From positions 1-29,543 of the forward strand of contig JANPJS010000100.1 of the NCBI GenBank assembly GCA_031425655.1: a stretch of DNA of 29,543 nucleotides, read 5' to 3'. Each line of letters opens with the position of its first letter. Position 1 is the first letter of the stretch. Both the position numbers and the translations under genes were made by a program. Of the stretch, positions 26,024-29,543 are shown in pieces. The notes below the pieces were generated by a model. The model was not told the origin of the DNA. It saw only the letters and a list, made by a program, of their open reading frames with translations, and did no database searches. Source of the DNA: Abditibacteriaceae bacterium (GTDB lineage: Bacteria > Armatimonadota > Abditibacteriia > Abditibacteriales > Abditibacteriaceae).

Positions 26024-26224
26024 ATGCAACGTCTATTCAAGACCGGCAAACATTTGCTGGCCCGCGAAGAGGGCACCAACTCCGACGTGAAGGGTTCCCA
26101 AGAGAGGACAGTCAATCCTCCTGCCGCCGACATGGGAGATGGTTTGCAGGACTTAGGAGCCGCCGTCCAACTCACTAAGAATTCGCGCGGAAACAATGCT
26201 GAGGGAAATCGGGGACGCACCTAA
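26024..26224 (+). CDS. Lasso peptide precursor (A), 66 aa; predicted core NSRGNNAEGNRGRT
   Basis: Strong RBS AAGGAGGTG; leader ends LQDLGAAVQLTK (L-x-x-x-G-x5-T at -2); Glu at core position 8; directly upstream of the cyclase and peptidase genes. Confidence 0.85.
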   Translation: MQRLFKTGKHLLAREEGTNSDVKGSQERTVNPPAADMGDGLQDLGAAVQLTKNSRGNNAEGNRGRT

Positions 26225-26266
26225 ACACCCACACAAGAAGAGATTTGCATCATTGTGTTGGTGACC

Positions 26267-26311
26267 AAATAACGGAAGGCACTTCTCAACAAGCTGCCTT
26301 CCGTTATTTTT
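26267..26311 (+). terminator. Stem-loop / attenuating terminator between lasso A and C
   Basis: Perfect 15-bp arms AAATAACGGAAGGCA / TGCCTTCCGTTATTT, 13-nt loop, ending in a T run. Confidence 0.75.
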
Positions 26312-26333
26312 GCTACGGCTTCGGCATGGAAAT

Positions 26334-28178
26334 ATGGCTCCTCTACGTATTGTCCTTGACACTCAATCATTGTTGGATTCCTCATCGTCATCAATACGAG
26401 ATTTTGACGATATTATGTTTTGGCCTGTTATTGCCGGGTGGAAGAAACTTCGAGCAGTATCGTTCGGCAGATGCACCTTTTCAATTTCAAATTCATCGTT
26501 CAGTCAGTTCTCACGGACAGAGCACAGGAAGATAGTTGCTAAGCCAGAAAACATAACTCCCTTGCGGGGAGAGATTCCGCAAGAGGTGGAAGAATTAGCA
26601 AACCAAACACCTTTTGCCGTTTGGGATGAAACGCATAATCATCTAAGGTGCTTTTCCCATCCTCTTGGACGGGGCACCTTTTTTTACTGCTGGCTCAATG
26701 GCTGCCTTCTCATTTCAACCTCATTGCCGGACATCGCGACTGTTTTAGAAGACGTGCAACTTGATCGGCAAATGGTCTTGGAATACTTCGTCTTGATTCG
26801 CAATACCAGTTGTGACCAGAAGCGCACTTTTATCCGGGGGATAAACCAACTTCCACCGGGCCATTGCCTGGAATGGGTAGACAACGATTTAAGAATTTTC
26901 CCTTATTGGAGTCCTCAAAGCGATTCGCAGGTTGAGAAACTGAGTTTGTCTGAGGCTGTGGAATATGTGCGATCAGCAATCGAGAAAACCATAGACGGGG
27001 TGCGGCCAGTTGCTAAAGTAGGATGCTTAGTAAGTGGCGGTTTGGATTCAAGCGTAGTAGCTGCGCTTGTGCAGCAGCGGCAGAGAGCTATAGGAAGTGA
27101 TGCGATCCTGCTCACTCTCGGACACGATATTGACTGCCCTGAGGAGCGCCAACTACAACACCAGTTAGCTGAATATCTTCACGCAGAACTTGTCGTGCCC
27201 TCACAGAATTCCTCAAGGTTGCAACTTGAGCCACTACGCACGTTGAATAGTTCCGCTAATGCTCCCTGCGGCGGACTTTTTACTGGTATTTACACGGCAA
27301 TGATAAAGGCGGCGGCAGATCGCGGGATCACTGTCCTCTTTGGTGGTGAAGGGGGAGACGAAGTATTTACCGCAAGTCCACACATACTGGCAGATTTCAT
27401 TCTTAAACATGAGTGGGGAGCGGCATTGCAGGCCCTTGGATTCTTTACATCATTAGATGCAGATAGCAATTCTCTACAAGTGCTTGCCAGCGAGGGACTT
27501 TTGCCAATATTATCTTCCAGCCCTTCAAGAATCGGAAAGCGAGTCGCTTGCTTAACCGAGTCGTCGCTCAAGGGTAAAACACGTAATCACCACAACTTAG
27601 CTTTTCTGGCTCGACTTCTGGGTGAGTCTCCTGAAGAATTGAATGGAGTAAATGCCTACACAGCCGAGGATTTCTGTCATAGACGCGCGAGCGGTCTCTC
27701 TTTTGCGACATACAGCAGTTACCGACAGGTTCTTGAGATACCTTTCTACGAGGCTGCTTGGCCTTATTATGAGTGTGGGTCTGGAACCGGCGTCCGCATT
27801 GTCAATCCTTTAGCAGACGTTAATGTCTTTCGGGCAGCGATGTCGCTACGCTTGGATCAGCGAGTCGGGACGTGGGTGGGATTTCGGCCTAAGCGTCTTC
27901 TTCGCCTTGCCGCAGGGGATAGCATCCCGCAGGAATTGAGCTTTCATCCAAAAGTAGGCGTTAGTAATCTCGTAGCTCAGATGACACAAGGCTTGGAGGA
28001 CGAACTGATTGAGATACTCCGATCAGGTCGCTTGGAAGAAATCGGAATAAATCCAGACCCACATCTTAGTGATCCTCGGAATGTCCCCGCAAGTGTGTCC
28101 CTCTATTGGGCACTTCTGCTCGTCTTGACTGTATGGTTTGAGGAGTTAAAAAATGGTGTGGCACAAAGAAGGGGCTAA
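26334..28178 (+). CDS. Lasso peptide cyclase (C), asparagine synthetase-like macrolactam synthetase
   Basis: PP-loop LVSGGLDSS, LFGGEGGDEVF, TFIRGINQLPPGH, NPLAD, KRLLR, HPK; lacks the AsnB Cys1. Start uncertain (ATG 26334 preferred over TTG 26310, which lies in the hairpin T run). Confidence 0.88.
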   Translation: MAPLRIVLDTQSLLDSSSSSIRDFDDIMFWPVIAGWKKLRAVSFGRCTFSISNSSFSQFSRTEHRKIVAKPENITPLRGEIPQEVEELANQTPFAVWDETHNHLRCFSHPLGRGTFFYCWLNGCLLISTSLPDIATVLEDVQLDRQMVLEYFVLIRNTSCDQKRTFIRGINQLPPGHCLEWVDNDLRIFPYWSPQSDSQVEKLSLSEAVEYVRSAIEKTIDGVRPVAKVGCLVSGGLDSSVVAALVQQRQRAIGSDAILLTLGHDIDCPEERQLQHQLAEYLHAELVVPSQNSSRLQLEPLRTLNSSANAPCGGLFTGIYTAMIKAAADRGITVLFGGEGGDEVFTASPHILADFILKHEWGAALQALGFFTSLDADSNSLQVLASEGLLPILSSSPSRIGKRVACLTESSLKGKTRNHHNLAFLARLLGESPEELNGVNAYTAEDFCHRRASGLSFATYSSYRQVLEIPFYEAAWPYYECGSGTGVRIVNPLADVNVFRAAMSLRLDQRVGTWVGFRPKRLLRLAAGDSIPQELSFHPKVGVSNLVAQMTQGLEDELIEILRSGRLEEIGINPDPHLSDPRNVPASVSLYWALLLVLTVWFEELKNGVAQRRG

Positions 28179-29037
28179 CGCTCCGCTTCACTTGGACTCG
28201 ATCATAGAGCTTATGCCTTGCGTATCAGCTATTATAGACCGCAGTCGGGAAGAATCAGTTTTATTAGACGAGCGTAAAGGGCGATATTGGCGGCTATCGT
28301 CGGACTTATTGAAAGTCACTTTGCTATTAGGCGAGTTTCCTAATGGTCAATCTATGCAGGATATGGTAAGACATCTATCGGCACATGATGTCTCTGAGGA
28401 GTCTTTCAAGAAAGCTATTAATAATCTTAAGGCGAGTGGATTAATCAAAATCAGCATTAAAGGGACTGGAACCCATCTTGAAGACTCTTCAACTTTCGAT
28501 TTTGATGAGATGAGAACACGCAAGGGAGCTTTAGACCAACCTACTTTATCTCGTTCAAAGCAGCTAATACTACCAGATGGATGCTTGGAAACAGATTTCA
28601 AGCAACCCGCGTTAAGGCTCGTGCTCCATTATGCGCTTCTAAATTATTGGTATCGAACCGCGCTCCGCTTAAGAGGATGGGCACCTGTATGGGCTGTAAG
28701 GTCAAGACAACTGACAGACTCCGTGAGGTTGTTTACTGATGACTATTCAACGGGCAACGCAGCACGACCAGAAGTAATTGAAGAGGTTATCGCAGCGACA
28801 CGCTTAGCTTGTGTCTTTCCCTGGGTGCGACCTCGATGCACTCAACACTCGCTGGCCCTACATCATCTTCTTAGCAAAATGGGTTATTCCCCTAAACTGG
28901 TTATCGGGGCTAAAGTCCTACCGTTTGAGCCACATATGTGGGTCGAGCTAAACGGTTATAGAATTGATTCAGGGGTAGATGAGCAATCACTGGACGAATT
29001 CACTCTTTTGCTACCTCAAAAGAAAATTCAGAACTAA
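28153..29037 (+). CDS. Lasso peptide B protein, fused RRE (PqqD-like) and transglutaminase-like leader peptidase
   Basis: N-terminal VLLDERKGRYWRL..L..GLI RRE pattern; C-terminal RCTQHSLAL..LVIGAKVLPFEPHMWVE..D (Cys-His-Asp); overlaps the 3' end of C. Confidence 0.9.
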   Translation: MVWHKEGANAPLHLDSIIELMPCVSAIIDRSREESVLLDERKGRYWRLSSDLLKVTLLLGEFPNGQSMQDMVRHLSAHDVSEESFKKAINNLKASGLIKISIKGTGTHLEDSSTFDFDEMRTRKGALDQPTLSRSKQLILPDGCLETDFKQPALRLVLHYALLNYWYRTALRLRGWAPVWAVRSRQLTDSVRLFTDDYSTGNAARPEVIEEVIAATRLACVFPWVRPRCTQHSLALHHLLSKMGYSPKLVIGAKVLPFEPHMWVELNGYRIDSGVDEQSLDEFTLLLPQKKIQN

Positions 29038-29075
29038 GCGGTTGAAATTGGCTCACTCGAAGCCGACTAACACCG

Positions 29076-29167
29076 GCCTAACAAGGCGCTGCACCCGACC
29101 GCCTACAGCTTCGCTCGTCGTTCCTCCTCGCTGCGCTTCCGGCGGCGGGTGAGCTTAGTCGTTGTGT
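29076..29167 (+). repeat. attC site 4 (92 bp)
   Basis: GCCTAAC...GTTGTGT; CACCGGCCTAAC is the exact complement of the cassette start GTTAGGCCGGTG. Confidence 0.93.
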
Positions 29168-29221
29168 GGCTGCGCGCGGCTTGAATGGTCGCTATTATTG
29201 AAAAGGGGTAGAATAAAACAC

Positions 29222-29431
29222 ATGAGCGAAATTCAAGATTTACGTAACCGCGTCCAAAAGTTGGAAACCGAAATCTTGCAGTTGAAGAAAGAGCGCGACC
29301 CTAAGCTGGAAGAAAAGTCACCACAACTGACTGATGGACTTGCTTCCGAGCCTAAACCGGGTGATTGGGTATTCTTGGCTTCATTTAATGAGGATTTACT
29401 GAATAACTCACCTTACGCGGTCAGGCTGTGA
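29222..29431 (+). CDS. Cassette-encoded hypothetical protein (69 aa, N-terminal coiled coil)
   Basis: ATG about 60 nt after the attC 4 core; heptad pattern IQDLRNRVQKLETEILQLK. Confidence 0.6.
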   Translation: MSEIQDLRNRVQKLETEILQLKKERDPKLEEKSPQLTDGLASEPKPGDWVFLASFNEDLLNNSPYAVRL

Positions 29432-29543
29432 TAGAGGCCGCTGCGTGGTTGGATTTGAGTTCGTTGAGTTGTCGAAAGGCGGTTTGGAGGGCCGCTTGAT
29501 AAAGTTTGGCTTTGAGTGCGAAGTGATTGAGATGGGTTGCGAT

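Larger units (their letters stand above)
22342..29543 (+). mobile_element. Integron gene-cassette array with no integrase in the window (CALIN-like), extending past the window end
   Basis: Four homologous attC sites; each complete cassette starts with GTT and ends with the complementary AAC motif; all ORFs on the + strand; lower GC than the left part. Confidence 0.9.

Noticed and set aside
25807..26535. Alternative ORFs overlapping the lasso precursor (25807..26220 -, 25960..26178 +, 26153..26362 -, 26245..26535 +)
   Set aside because: They lack an RBS or cross the attC or hairpin; the 26024 frame has the strong RBS and the leader motif.
26310..28178. Housekeeping asparagine synthetase AsnB
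   Set aside because: No N-terminal catalytic Cys, and the flanking precursor and RRE-peptidase genes indicate a lasso cyclase.
22516..29167. Repeated 92-115 bp sequences as a CRISPR array or plain REP elements
   Set aside because: Spacing is 0.5-3.2 kb with whole genes between the copies, no cas genes are present, and the AAC/GTT boxes with cassette-end complementarity fit attC sites.

Overview
A 29.5 kb bacterial chromosomal window in two parts. Bases 1-22 kb are GC-rich, mostly housekeeping sequence. They carry a RAYT/Y1 transposase, a large secreted 2xLamG protein, a GntR regulator, a Nudix hydrolase, an S24/S26-like protein, ndh, a probable 6S RNA, rny-spoVS-lipid kinase, ppa, a PknB-like PASTA kinase, an ABC permease and a CHASE2 sensor kinase. 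Several families of palindromic repeats are scattered through this part. The gene content suggests a Terrabacteria lineage, perhaps Armatimonadota/Abditibacteriota (inference only). From about 22.3 kb to the end lies a visibly more AT-rich integron-type cassette array with four closely related attC sites, an attI-like first site and no integrase in the window. Its cassettes are (0) an ORF-less cassette, (1) a 2.8 kb two-gene cassette encoding a secreted M15-like peptidase and a secreted phage tail-collar protein, (2) a small membrane protein, (3) a 3.2 kb cassette holding a minimal lasso peptide cluster (precursor A, cyclase C, fused RRE-peptidase B) with an unusual predicted Asn1-Glu8 14-mer core, and (4) a small protein whose cassette runs off the window. 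The lasso cluster packaged as a single gene cassette is the main finding. All calls are motif-based by eye; no database searches were run.
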